Positions 1-14,047 of a stretch of 64,000 bases of DNA are shown in pieces. The DNA lies in the NCBI GenBank assembly GCA_000934665.2, contig JYFJ02000197.1, positions 62,001 through 126,000 on the forward strand, in the 5' to 3' direction. Position 1 is the stretch's first letter, and each line of letters opens with the position of its first letter. The translations under genes and the position numbers were made by a program. The notes under the pieces were generated by a model. That model worked only from the letters and a program-made list of their open reading frames with translations. It made no database searches and was not told the origin of the DNA. The stretch comes from Catajapyx aquilonaris. Lineage: Eukaryota.

Positions 1-3000
1 AGCTGAGTTTTAATTAATATACGACATAATTGATGAATAAGTAGGACGTGGGATTATAACTTTTTATACAGCCCAGATGGAGGGAACCTATTAGATAATT
101 TGCCTCTCCTACAATGAGGAAGCTTAGCCAAGACTTTGCATCACCCCCCTTTTTATGTCAGGCAAGACAGTCTTCCACAGGATCTTAACTTCCACTGTGG
201 GAGACATGGTTGGACAGCAACCTTGCACTCGTTTCAACGCCTTCTGACTTCTGGGTTGCAGAATTTTAGGGCGGTGTCTGGAGAGTAACGCAGTGGAACT
301 CCCATGTTGCACCGAGGCCTTGACATACAAGCCTTCCTACTTATTCTACTGAGGATTGAATCCACATTTTAGGGGGAAAAACACATCGCTGATTTAGAGA
401 GATCGGTATTTATGACCACTTGCGACATATCATTTTGAATGGAAATTACTATGTGAACCTATTTTCAGCTGCAACTACGATTAGTTTAACATCAATGAAC
501 AATAAATTTTTCCATGTCACTGAACATGTGATGGAATGTTGATCTGGTTCTAATAACCTAATGACTGCAGGTGCCTTAGGGGTCACATTTATTAAACCAC
601 ACCCAGTAATTTGACAGCGTTTAGAAGCGATTCAGTCGGAATATTAATACATGGTCAGCGTAAGAAACCTATGATTGCTCCAGATTGCAAATGTCACCTT
701 AGCATAAGTTACTTGCAGAGTAGGCTACACCCTTGTATTATTATACGACTCATCAAATCACACTATACAAGGTGACCTCTCGCCTTGTCCTTCCCATAAC
801 TATTCAGACTTTGCCAGCAGACGCCGGTATACCTAACAATTTTACAAAAATTAAATAACAATTGTGCACAGCGTGCAAATTACCTTGCGCTCCTTAAAAA
901 TGACGCTTACACGACCAAGAAATAAAGGTGTCAAGACAGCTCGCGTAACTCTTGTTCGTGACCTCAATTTAAGAACGCACAAGATGAAGACAGATCAGAA
1001 AGCAATGCAAACGCGCATGTAAAAACACAGCCTCTTCGTAACGGTTTGAATGCTTTCGTGCTCAACCTAGTATTGTTCCGGACTCGGGTTCCGTAAGTGT
1101 TTCTTCTAACCGAATTGTGCACGAAGCCAGGATGACTTTTTTTAAAAAAGAGTGAGCAACATCTCGGTGGTTTCTTTTATTCTTTTTTTGGAAAACAAAT
1201 TACGAAGAGTCATGCAACCAAGTTGACGAAAAATGCCAAGATTGCTGTCTTCGCAAACTGTCCTTGAGGTGCATACACAATAATGTTTTTGTTAGCTCCT
1301 TTTTATTGTGCTGCAGGCTGTGAGAAAAACGGTTTTTTTTTTCAAGATGAATATTAGTTTCATAACATTACACAAAAGGAGGAGCAGAGTGGGAAGAATT
1401 CAGTCCTGAGAGCAAGTCAGGCGAAGTTTTTCGATGAGGTTTTGCGAAAAAGTTGACGTCATCAGGAGGAGCAGTGTAGGCCTAGGTCTTGGCCCCAAGA
1501 GATGATTTTTATCGTGCGCGCATTATTGTACAACACATTTTACATTACGCTATGCCTTAAGGTGTTTGGTGGAGCTGCGTTGATTATAAGGTTCTGTGAG
1601 AAGATTGCCACAGGTTTCAGCCACTGGAATTACAAGCAACATGCGTGCAATCAAATTCTTGTGAGCAGCTGTAAAAAAATATAATGTGGTAAACACCTCG
1701 GATGAAAGGATGTCCTTTTTATTAGCCTGTAGTTATCAATTATTCTCAAAGACTATTATTGTAATATATTCAATTAAGCTCGGGCTCCAGTGTCTAGATA
1801 TCATATCTTACCCACAGCGTCTGTGACAGACAATTTTGGATGAACACGTCGGCTTACAGTATGTGACTGGCGGCTTGAAGGCTACATACTGACTGGCCAT
1901 AACCATCTGTATGAAGGGGGAGTGGGGGACAGCCTATGACAACTCAGCTCACCCCAAGCCGCACCGATTCTTGGAGCGAATGTGCACTTAAAAATTGTTA
2001 GTTAAAAGAAGCTCAATGTTTCAGTTATTTCAAAACAACTGGTATTGATGAATATGATATGATATGATAAGGTGATAATCCACTGTGAAAGTGGACTGTT
2101 ATCAATAAAAATGTGATCTTAAAATAATAAATAATCCCTAAAAGGCGAGGGATTAGAAGTTACAATTGCTTCTACAATTTCCTACCTATGTGTGAGATGT
2201 TGCAATAACATACTCCTATATACCACCTTGTAGTACTTATTCTTAATTAACTAATGAAGTGCCAATTTTTTGGTACGTAACTTTTTTATTATTCATAATT
2301 GCCTGGTAAGGATCCTCAAGAAAGAAGATGCAGTCCACCTTTCTCATATTTTTTTGTTAGCTGGCTTTGTGGTGCATGGAATGATGTCTCGGGCAGTCGT
2401 CACGAAACAAAAAGCGTCGCTCAAGCAAAATAAAAATAAAAGTAACATAAAAATGAAACGTCTCCCACCCCAGTATGAGATCAAGGCTTCCAGTGGAGCC
2501 AACTTGCATTCCACTGCAGATGTCTTCCGTGAGTTTTCAATTTCCATTTCGCGACTAACCACGAAAGGCCCATTTTAATGCGGTAATTGCACATATTTAT
2601 CATTATTATTTGCTGCGAAAATTGTTCTCGCTTGGAAGTGAGAGTTACGGGAAAGGCTACTGTTGTGGACGCCTGTTTACACATTTTCAGCACATGGCTA
2701 TTCATTTTTTTGTATTATTTTTTTCTTGCAGGAGATGCTGGAGAGAGTGAGTCACTTACGTCTGCTTTGTTCGGTTACGTCCACCTTAAAGTGATGGGTG
2801 TTTGTCGAGACTTTCCGTGGCACTGAAATGTGACCGTAGCCTAATTTAACACTTATCTTCTCAGAATGTTTTGACATGACCGCGGTGAAAGATATGTGCA
2901 ATAATTTAAATAACTTACTTAAGACTGGAGTTGCACAGTGATGCTCTGACATTTTTTGTGCGACTGTAATAGGGCCTGGATGATATTCAAAGTATTTTTG

Positions 3001-6000
3001 TCCTTTATAGCTCGGTGTGATGACATTTAATTAAAAGTTATGTAATGTTACTGCTACTTACTAGTCATGAAAATATTGTTGCCTTACTTCAATGTTGGAA
3101 TTAAATTTAATGCATGACTATATGTTTAGACATCTTAATTAATTTACATCAAGGCATATCCATTGTTTGCTGTAATATGCAATATCCTGTTGCACTATAG
3201 GGTCGTTAAAGGACTGTAATTAATATTTTGGCAGTTCACATAATTACATATAACCTTATGCCAACTCTGACTCCCAGCAAAAGTTACATCCTAATTGCAC
3301 ATTACATAACATTGTTTTCCTGCGTTTGGCGTGCATGTTGGCCAAGGTTCAGGCCGTCATCTCGAGTTTTCATTCTTGTAATGACATTCTCACGACTTGA
3401 CTGACTTTGGATAACAGTTGCGTCGGCATTTTTTTTCGCCGTTGCTGCCACTGCAAATATTTCCGTGACCAATCTGTGAAAAAAATAGGGGTCTAGGTGG
3501 GTATGAAACGGATGCTATGGATCCGTCTCAGGACAAAAAAAGGTAGAAAACCCGTTCCTTCACACCTGCGACATAAGTGCTCAACCTAAAACATTAGCAC
3601 AAAAGGAGGCAGTTGCCAGTACGGTACTTTTCGAACTAGTTCCTATTTTCAACTCTGTCTATGCGAGGCCATTTTTTCTTCCTGGGAAGGAACGTTTGGC
3701 AAAGGCAATTAGCAAGGAGTGCTAACATCATCCTTAGCCCGTCTCGAATTTCCGATTTGAATCAGAAAAGAAGCTCTTGAAGAGGTGTCGAGCCATGAAA
3801 CTCGGGGTAAGGGGATGTCAAGGATTGCTATTCAAAAAAGTTCCGATTATGCAGGCCAGAAAAATCTTGGGGACCGTACCCGGGTGCTGAATGAATATTA
3901 AGCCGATGCTCTCTAGTGCAGATCTAATGTTGAGAATAACTTACACACTTTTTTATCAACCGACACTTAAGTTATTGAACATCTGAGCTTTTCAAGGGGG
4001 TAAATCTGCATTTCTTTCGTTAGAGAGGGAAAGTTGTACTTTATGGGCAACCAATGTGACTGAAGGTTTCATACTGTATGGGACCAACACATGTGAGACT
4101 AACGGGGCCAAGAAAATCAAAAGGCACAAAAGGCGTCGGACTTTGGAATAGTCCAGAAGTAACGCATGTCATCCCCATGAAACTGATCGTGACTCAGCCT
4201 ATCGTGATTTTGGAGTTTAATACGGAGCCTGCAAAAACACAGTTGTTTATCCGGCAGCACCGCTGTTGCCAGGAAGGACTCTCATATGTATTTTTGTTCC
4301 ATCGTGATGCGTCGCCATGGACTGTATATATGCTGGAGTACAATAACATCAGATATTTATGTAGCATGTAGACTACATGAAATTGTAATATTATTTATAT
4401 GCAGTGAGCAATGTGGAAAATTCTCTGAAAATCAATCAATCAGAGTGATAGGCTGGGACATGAGGTGGGAGCCAAAAGCCACACTTTTTTATTCTTTTTA
4501 TATTGGGTATCCCTCAGGGCATGTTCGTGGGTACACTCGACGGGAGATTGACTCCAGAGATGGCACGATTTTCATCCAGGGGCGTCCTGCACTACAACCC
4601 CGAGTCCTGCCAAGCCTTCCCCGTACCGTACATATGACTTACCCCCATCCATCCACACACAGACACACACACGCACGCATGCACCTCACCCAAGATGGCT
4701 CCTTCCGGGCTCATCTTCGCCGAGCATTGTTTGCTTCGTCACTCTCCTCAATAGGGGAAAGTTGGGGACTCAGCTGGATAAGAGCACGGTTACATACACC
4801 TATTCTCGTATTTGTTAAGGTGTACGAATTTGTCTCGTTGTGCATGACATTTAAAATAAATACTTAGGTACGTAGCCGTACAGGGAGATTTAAAACTTCC
4901 ATAACCTTCTTGATTCAAATTAAGTATTTTGATAAAATAACTTAGCAATATAAATTCTGAGCACACAGTTGGTATGCCTAATAATTAGGGTATGTAACGG
5001 ATACAGTTATGCAAGTAATCTTCCCAGGAGAAGATATGGTGGCATCGGTGTCATTTGACTTCAGCGTTGGCAACCCGCAGAGTCAGCACTCAACACAGCG
5101 TTTGTACATCCGAAAAACTTGGTGACAAATTTGAAGGTTTGCCGGGAGAACCGGAGGAACCAGAGCAAGAATGGGCCATGATTGATTGGAGAGCGGGACA
5201 CTTTTTTTTTGTTAATTCTCCTTGCCGGCGATCATGTAAGGACACGGTTTGTCCCTGACTCATCTGAACGATGAGTTCCTGGCCGGCTGAATTCCACAAT
5301 GTTGTTTTCTCCACCTACAAAATTTTCGGACACGAATAAATTGGCTGTCGATGATATTTATTGGCGCCCGTGGTTGGGGTACCAGGGAATGACAATGTAA
5401 TGAAGTAGTAGTAGAATTTTATAGTAGTTGTAGTCTGCACATGCAGTATAATTTTGTGTGGTAGCCCAAACCTACACGCGACTAAAACGCATCATAAGCC
5501 ATGTATACGACTACCAATCAAATGTAGGATCAGATGGACCATTTCAAAGAGTTACACATACAAGTTTGGTTACAAAGTGAGCCGACCTTATAGCGCAATG
5601 CATATCAATTGTATTTAGCGCAATTAATGACCGCATAAATCACTCCGGTCCCTAACAGCTGGTAGATCGAGACATAAACTTTTTGTCCACCTGTAATAAA
5701 ACAAGTTCTTGATTGACTCCTTGAGGTCCATTGGACCGCAGTGATACGCAACTGTTAATGCCCATAAGCACAAATCCATACCGGTTCATTCCTCTCCAGC
5801 CAACTCCAGAGGTCATCTACCACATTGGATAGATACCGCACATGTGTGAGGTATGTGTGCCTCATCTTATGAGAACCGGCACAAATACAAAAACAGGCGC
5901 ATCAGTGTTCTTTTTTTGTACGTACACCAAGTGGACTAACTACTCAGCCATGGATGAGATTCCACCTGCGAGCAAAGTTCATTACTATACCTACCGCAGT

Positions 6001-9000
6001 GACGAGAGGGAAGGTGAAAAGATGACAGGTTGCTCGTATATCATTAGGTCAGGCTAAGCTTTTCCTTAAATACTAGGTGGATAAGCTCCCCCGTTAGCTT
6101 ATGTACAGAGTGTGTATGCAGGCTGAAGCAGAATGCTGTGTCACGTTCTGTCTTCTGACAAAGTCGTCATCGTCTCTATCGATGACCACGAGTTGCTGCG
6201 AAGGGGGCAGCAAAAGTTCCGAGGCAATGAGGTCAGAGAGAGCTCTTGTGTGCAAATTAGCGCCGTGTGAGGCGCCATTGCTCTCTGTTGGATAGCACTT
6301 AGGGGGGTCTGGAATCGATGTCCTGCCAAGAGGTCAGCTATCTTGACGTTAGCATATTGGAACAGTTTGATGTCCCAAAGGATTTGTAACACAGGGAGGG
6401 GACCATATACGATTTTTTGGGCAGGGTTGGTTAGTCACGATGTTGCTCTAGTAAGGAGAAGAGATGCGTGGGATTATATTCGAAGGTGGAATTGAAGGGT
6501 GTATCCTTCTCGACGCTTCCGTCCATGGTATAACCACGGGACCTCACACCCTTAGTTTTGTGGGCATTGTTACCTCTCGAAATGGGGATTCGCATGTTGA
6601 CACTTGTGCGGCCCAAATTAGGGGCGTGAATTATGGTGATCGATGAATAAGAAGAGGGGGAAGACAGGGGATTGGAGGAGGGATGGGGGTCACAGGTGAG
6701 GTCTAAAGGCAAAAAGGAGGAGGATGTGATGGGCCAACTATAATTTCTCTGTCTCCTGTGGCGAAGCTGAGAAAGTGTCGGAGGAGAGAACAGGACAGAA
6801 AGGAATGGCCTCTTTTTCATGCTGAAGTTTGACTCGACTAGAGGTACTTCACAACCATTAAATCAATATACCGAGCACACCAAATGTCATCGGTCTAGTC
6901 AACATGCCTCGTCCTTGTGCGACCAAGGACACGCCTTTATTTGTTAGGCGGTAACTCATACGTGATCTTGTTTTATTTCTGGGTCCCATGATTCTTATCT
7001 GGGTGTGTTGGAAAAATATTACGTTCTCTGTAGTTCATTGATAATGCCAAAGTTGTGTTCTTGAACTTTGTTAGTAGTGTACTCATTGGCCTTGATATTT
7101 GAATCGATGAATAGACTAGCAGTCTGTCAGAGAGAAAATAAGAGCAGCACTAATGTAAATACTTGAATCACCCGGAACAGATGCTATAATTAACATTTTA
7201 ACGTAATGTACATTAGCCTAATTGTACATAATCCATTATGTATTTAAAAGAACATCACTGGACAAATTGTCAATCAATATCACAAATATTTTTAAAGCCA
7301 TAGCGTTTATCTTTTTATTACAGTCACTTTTATGTTCATTATAATATTACTAACATACAGTAATAAATTATTATACTTGTAACTATTTATCGCTTTCATG
7401 CTTTATTCATAATATTGTCATTTATATAGGTCTGTAATAATTATTACAACGCAAAACTAATTTGTATTTGTGGACTCTAACATATTAATCACGCCTTTGT
7501 GTCAAAAAAGTAGCCTATAAAACATTTCCCTTCGAGCTAGAAATTTTCACGTCTAAAAAGTATTCGGAGCAACAATAGACCACATATTTTCGCAAATTAT
7601 GGCCGTACGTCAACCCAAATGTGACAGGATTAGTTAACCGCCGGATTTCTAACCTGTCTTTCAAAGAGGAAGTCTGGAGCTGAGCAGTGTCAAGCCAGGT
7701 GACCTCAGCGGTCAACAGGGGGGGAGTGGGACCGGTGGGTCGCATAGGAATGGCGTTATCGCCGACTCTGACCTGAGAGATTTAGTGGGACGGGTTCAGG
7801 GGAGCCCAGAGGGTCGGACCACACTCGTTTTTAAACTGCGTTGCCTGCCCCCTTTTGATGGAACTCGAGCGGTCAGTTCCCTCAGTAAATTAAGTAAAAA
7901 GGGGGCGCTATATGGCCAGCCCAGACAGGATATTAAAATTCCACAGGCAAATGCAATCAATTAATTTTTCTAAGCATCAAAACAATGTAATGCAGCAGCT
8001 GAGACACGTTCGTAACCTTTGAGGTCACGAAAGATATATGCCTCTTACCATGTGGAATAATGCCCAAATGAAGAAGAAAATGTACCTCCATGGAAAGCTG
8101 GTAAAGCACCCTATCCAGAAAAATGAGGGGGTCTGATCTAGTGATGTGGAGATCAGCACTTTCTCCTAGTTGGGTAGAGTAGGCTCCTTTCCGTGTAATT
8201 GTTTCTTTGTCATGTTTACGAGAGGAGGAATTACTCTGGTAATGGAAACAACGCGCGAGGTGGCCCATCTTGTGGGGATTCATGGCCCATTCCAAAACCA
8301 GGGGGGCGAAAAAAGAATTAGAGGAGAGGACCACCATCGTCTGGAAAGGAGGAGAGGACGTTTTCCTTTTGAGTGGAATGTAGTCGGATCATCCTTTTCC
8401 ACGTGCTGAAGAGCATAACTTTTTTTCTCGCTCCTCCCGCCAGAAGGTTTGTGGCAGGTGTTGCTGGTTTATTATGAGGTGCGCTGACCTAAACATAGCC
8501 AGAATGCGACGAACGAAAAGGTATGACCCTCAGGGGCGGGGGGACCACAAAAGTGCAAAAAAAATTAGCAGGAATGGTTAGGACAAAGGTTATGACCCAA
8601 ATATTCTGAGAAATGTGTAGGTTGATATGTATATTGTTTTTCACACACATGCTCAAAGCCACAAGCATTTACTACATACAATTATGGGATCATGCGATAA
8701 GTAGTTCCGATAATGTGTGGCATGAAGCCCAGGCGTGAATAGAAGTGCTCCTAATAGTCCAATTACTTAGAAATACAACGGCGAGGTCTGGTATGCTAAT
8801 TAGATGGCCTGAGCGCCTGAGCCAAACGACCACCTCACCGGGTTTACAGTAGCCCCGGTGCATTTGGTGTAATAAAGTCCACCTTTTATTGACTATCATG
8901 TATAAGAGAGTGGGTGAGAAAAGAGGGACAAAAAGAGGCTTCCGATAAAGCGTGCGACTTGGACTCCGGCATTTGTATTGTTATCATCCGCGGCGTTTGT

Positions 9001-10373
9001 TGAAGAAGAAGAAGTAAAAAAAAAGGCGGCTTATCTTGTTGTTCTGTGAGGCGTTTGAGAGATCGCACCATTTTTCAGAGCTATCTCTGTCGGGTATCGC
9101 AACCCATTAATAGGGCGTTATATTAACAGCATTAGCCACCACGGGCGATACGTATCAGGAGCCATTGCCACGTTTTATTACAGCGAGAAAATTGAGGTGT
9201 TTCTGGCATGATTGCGGCTGATGGGGGGTTGATAACATGTAATGGGAACATTGACTGCAACGTGATATGATTGGACTGTCTTATTTTTAGTGAGAAAATC
9301 CAGTTCAATTTTGTCCGATTATACACACAATCGGTATGATAGAATCAAAAATTTTGATCTATGAAATATTAGGATGTGTTGAGTGCCACAAATGCAATTA
9401 CTTTTGCGTCATGTTCAAGCAATAAATAAGCAGTTTCGCTTAAGTGAATTCAAAGAGGAATTTCAGCCCACGTGGAGGGCAAAGAAGATCGACCCAATGA
9501 CCCCCGCGGGGTGAAAGTTGACCGTTTGCAACCCCCTCCCCCCTCCATTTCTCGTTTACATTGCCCTTTTATTATATTCGCTGAATAAGAGCGGGGATGA
9601 AGATGTGGCCATCTTTCTTGGTTGGATGACAGAGATAAGTCACAGGAGAGAGTCGGATGCGGTAATTTTTGTTGGGCAAGTCGACCTGTGTCCAGTGGTG
9701 TCCGTTTTCTTTTTTATCCATATTTTTTTTCATTCTCTTCAAAGCCTGGTCTGGAAAAGGGGTTGGGTCACTTTTACCTCTAGGGTACATTGGTCAGCAG
9801 CCTACTCAACAACTCGTCGCCTTTTTTCCATCTCTCTCTCCCCATCTTGCTCTTTTAGCCAGGTGTCGACTAAAAGTCACTCATCTTTCACCCCCACCCC
9901 TAGCCGTTCTGCTAAAACCAGTTCTGGATAGTAACCTCTGCCTTTTGTCACATTGAGTTAGTTATGTTGCCACAAATTTTACGCTCTGATAACTGCTGCT
10001 CGGGTCCTCTTTTTAGGTGACTTATAAAAAGGGTGGTCACTCCAGATTGCTTGACCCTTGATGGTTTATGCAGTTAGATAACCTGGTCTGTTGGATGAAG
10101 AGGAAGATGGAGGATGGTGCGTGCGCAGGAGACGCCTGGAGGTGAGTTGCAGGAACTAATATAGTCTTGATTGTGTCGGTGTTTAAGAGGATGGCTTCTT
10201 TTGGCTTGTGTCAAGCTGCAATGGCTATTCTGGTTGTAGTAAAATTGTTGTACCACACAGTACTATCGAAAGTCGTGACATCATTCAAACATGAAAATTA
10301 TTAAAATTGGCAACATCACTTACAACAGGATATATCTGACGCCAGTCCCACGATACTCCATAATTATTCAAAG

Positions 10374-11011
10374 CGTGGGAAATATCCGGTAGTTATACAT
10401 GTCATTTACAAATAATACTCGGGCCATGCAAATATTTTACAGCAGATGTTTCTAGGCAGGGACTTTTCTCGTTCAGTGCCCGTTTTGCGTTTAATTGATT
10501 ACCAAAGGAACCACCCCCTCAATAAATAACCACACCTTTGCTTTAAAATATGTTTTGAAAATTAATGGTCACATCCACGCCATTGGGAACATATCTTCAC
10601 GAGAAAGGTTGTGGTCAGTCCTTCTTCTGCACCCAAAAAATTTTATTTGTATTTTTTTGTGGGAAGATTGCGTGCGGTCGGTGACCTGAAGCTGACCTCT
10701 GGAGCCGGCGGAGGCCGGAGCACCTCGGGCTGACCACAGCAAATCTCCGCCCCTAAGGACTTTGATTTGTGCCTTGGGGGGTCTGAACAGGACGTGACCG
10801 GGAAAAGGGAGTTGGGAAGGATGGGAATTGTTCAGTGGTCACCACTACCAAGGTTCGTAAATTTTACGTACAAAAATGCGACATGAAATTTCAAGCAAAT
10901 TTTGCATTTTTCGTCCGGTATTATTAGATGCACTCTGTCATTATTCTTCATGAGATTGGTAACTAGCAGGACTTTTGCCAATAATTCATCCATATATTTG
11001 ACCTTTGACCC
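10374..11011. promoter_or_regulatory. Candidate enhancer: two Su(H)/CSL sites plus DR5 and DR1 nuclear-receptor elements
   Basis: CGTGGGAA 10374-10381; TGTGGGAA 10658-10665; TGACCT-gaagc-TGACCT 10682-10698; TGACCT-t-TGACCC 10999-11011. These are motif matches only. Confidence 0.3.
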
Positions 11012-13880
11012 GACCTCCTTCACCCTGCAGGTATTAAATAGCATTCAGGAGTCAAATGGCCGCCAAATTAAAGCAATTTTTGACATTCACCCCAATTTTG
11101 ACAAAATTTACATACCTTAATATTAAATTTATTAAATCGTGACGAAGGAAGCTGGAATCTTACCCAATAACTACGGGGGTTGGGAGGGTGGATGGAATAT
11201 GGGGGGAGTGGGCGTACAGGAGGAGATATTCGTGACTTGCCTAATGGAAACACATTTTGTAATTTTACGTAACTCTCCCCCCCTCCCCCCATCCACCTTC
11301 TCCCCCCTCTTTGCCTCTTTTTTCATACCTGCATGCAGTTTTTGCTCAGGTGATGCTAAGAGGACGTCGTGTGGCAAATTAAGCGGATGCTCCACCCTCA
11401 CCACCCTGAGTCTTGACTTTTCGAGATTAAGCCCACCTTCAGGGTCCCAGCAAAACTTTTTTTATTTATATATTTTTTGTTTTCTTTTTTTTTGAGTGAC
11501 AAGGGAGCAGGCCCGAGATCACGAAGGCAGGCTAATGTATGCCTGAATTTCGAGTTCCCACCAGCAGGGGGCCTGTACTTGAATGCTGCTTACTCCCTAT
11601 GGACTTGGAAAACCGGGAACTTGTCATTCATTCTCTGTACTTTTTATGGGAAGTGGAATTTATGCTATTCATAAATGGAGGTGACATGAAAGTATTAAAA
11701 AATCAGTTCAAGGCATTCATTTTAGGGTTGGGTCACGTGTCGCATTGGTTTGGCCAGGTAAGTGGGGCAGCATTACATGGGGGTGATGCAGAATTATAGG
11801 TGTTCGGATTGCAAGAGGAACACGCCCTTTCTAGTAGTTGACGCAACAGGAGTGACGTGATGATAAGTAATTTATGTTGCATTCCGATGGGTTATTTGCT
11901 AATAGCTTCGTAATATAAATACTCATGTCCACCTTGGTCAGGCCTATAACAGTGATGCTAGAAAATGGGGTGGGAACCCACTGCTGAGACAGATTCATAA
12001 GGCATTGTGCGATTTAGAGTCGTAAATTGTACTCAAGGACTTTTTTTACCTGGCACATTGGTAATGTTATGAATGTAGATGAGTAGAGACTATAGATTTA
12101 GTCCAGAGGGATGGATAACTCATTCATTTTGCATTCCTGCTTACTACTTATATTTAGATCGAAATGCCCTTGAATAGCTATTGAAACAGTAATCAGTATT
12201 CAGATATAGATGTCTTAGAATTATTCATTGTGTGACTAGGTGTAGCGTAGTCAGTGTAATCTAAATGATGGAGACACCAAAATTCGACTGGTCTTAACGT
12301 TTCATTTATTTAAAAAAATTCGATTCTTATTCTCAACCTTACCGTGCAAAAATTTTTAACGTCAAATAAAATGCTAAAAATGACATGCGGATAAACCCCC
12401 TGGCTATCCACTCAGGTGTTCTATGCCCTGATACCGCCTGCAGATCCGTAATGTCATTCCTCGGTCCTGTTTTAAGATCCTGCTCTACTGATCTAGTGTT
12501 GGACGTCAGAATGTGATACCTTCGCCGCAAGAAGTAGTTTACGTGGAACGATAGCAGATATGAGTTAGAAGGCATGTCCCTTGGCCGGCAGTTGAACCCT
12601 GGGCCATGCCAGGAACGAGCCTGACGCGCCATTATTTGAGGGGAAATTGTGCCGACCTTTGCTATACGGAAAGCTCTGGGGGTCTGTAACTAAGAGTACC
12701 CCCCTCGGTATCCTTTACAAGTAGGATTGGGTGTTGGGCACGAGGTTTATCGCCTTGGCAGACGTCGACCTGGTGTTACTCAGGTGGGGTGTTCGCCACA
12801 GGGTCATCAGGTGAATTGGTGTTTTTTCACTTTGCTTTTTATGGCGTCGTTATCATTAAGCTATATTACCCGGTCATTAATGCAATCGAAACTTGTATAA
12901 ACGTCTTTGAATATTGTCATTTGTTTAGGGTCAAGATGAACTGATCTGATGGTATCTACCTGGCATTTACGACCAGTAAAGAAACACGTTACGCGAAAGC
13001 AAATCGTGGGTAATTATTGGCGGCATCCATTTCTGATCGCCCCAGTTGTTTTTATATTGGCAGTTACAGCTATCAGCCCCCTCTAATGAGACAAAAAAAC
13101 CCAACCTTGCTATAAACAGTGGGCAGTTGGACCACTTTTTTCAAGCAATGCAGATGAGCTAGCTTGATATACTGGAAATCCACTCTCTATACGTTGTTTA
13201 TAACTAGTGCAAAAGCATTACCGTATTGGGAAAATGGGCTCTGGTTATTATTTTTTTTTTTTGCTCGTAGGTTGTAAAAGGCTTTGGGGGTAATGAATCG
13301 TGTGTGCAAAATAAGGGTCAATTTGTTAGGATGGAAGGCCGCATCCCCCTCGAGAATGAGACTAATTAGGAGCAAAGATTGCGCTTTGATTCGTTTTGAT
13401 GATGAATATTGCAGAGTATGTTTTAATTACAAGGAGCTATTCATTCTGGTCGAAATTATAAGTTACACCCAAGGGGCGCTTGTTATTATTATTTTTGTCT
13501 GGGAGGCTTGACTACTCGGAGGATTGATAAACATGTATGCGGTCTTAATCCCAGCCCAGAGCGCGCCATTTCCGAAGCCCAGATTATGACTAATGTTGTG
13601 GGTGTGGAGTTTATGGCAAACGGCGTTGTTAAGCAATTGAATTATTGTTCGTGCTGTGTGGGGTCAAGTTGTTGAACACAACGTGTTTTACACTTCTTTC
13701 TTGCACTCGCTTGATGTATTAATTTCGAGACGTTCGCTGCAAAGAGACAAAGTGAGAGTATCTAGATGTTACTCACAGGGCAAGTTTTGCCAAGTGGGTA
13801 TATCACTACACAATCATATACTTAAAATTTGAAATCAGTTTGAAATCAGTGATTAAGACAAAGGTAACTAATGTACAGTA

Positions 13881-14047
13881 CAGTGTTGGACATAATTCGA
13901 GGCATATTGCTAGCGACATTTTCCGAAGCGGCAGAAGAAGGAATCGAAGATAAGGATACTACTGTACAAGCCGGGCGAGCAAGATTCCTTCTTCTGCCGC
14001 TTCGGAAAATGTCGCTGGCAGTATGCCTCTATTAATGTCCAACATTG
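13881..14047. mobile_element. Tc1/mariner-like non-autonomous MITE (167 bp, near-palindromic) with TA target-site duplication
   Basis: TA|CAGTGTTGGACAT...ATGTCCAACATTG|TA. The arms 13881-13945 and 13983-14047 are inverted repeats with 6 differences and a perfect core AGCGACATTTTCCGAAGCGGCAGAAGAAGGAATC, around a 37-nt spacer. A CAGT-start terminus with TA flanks is characteristic of Tc1-like elements. Confidence 0.7.

Noticed and set aside
4286..4867. 193-aa ORF, and similar 100-180 aa ORFs such as 17481-18026, 25560-26042 and 59717-60169
   Set aside because: No recognisable motifs, random-like composition and no supporting exon structure.
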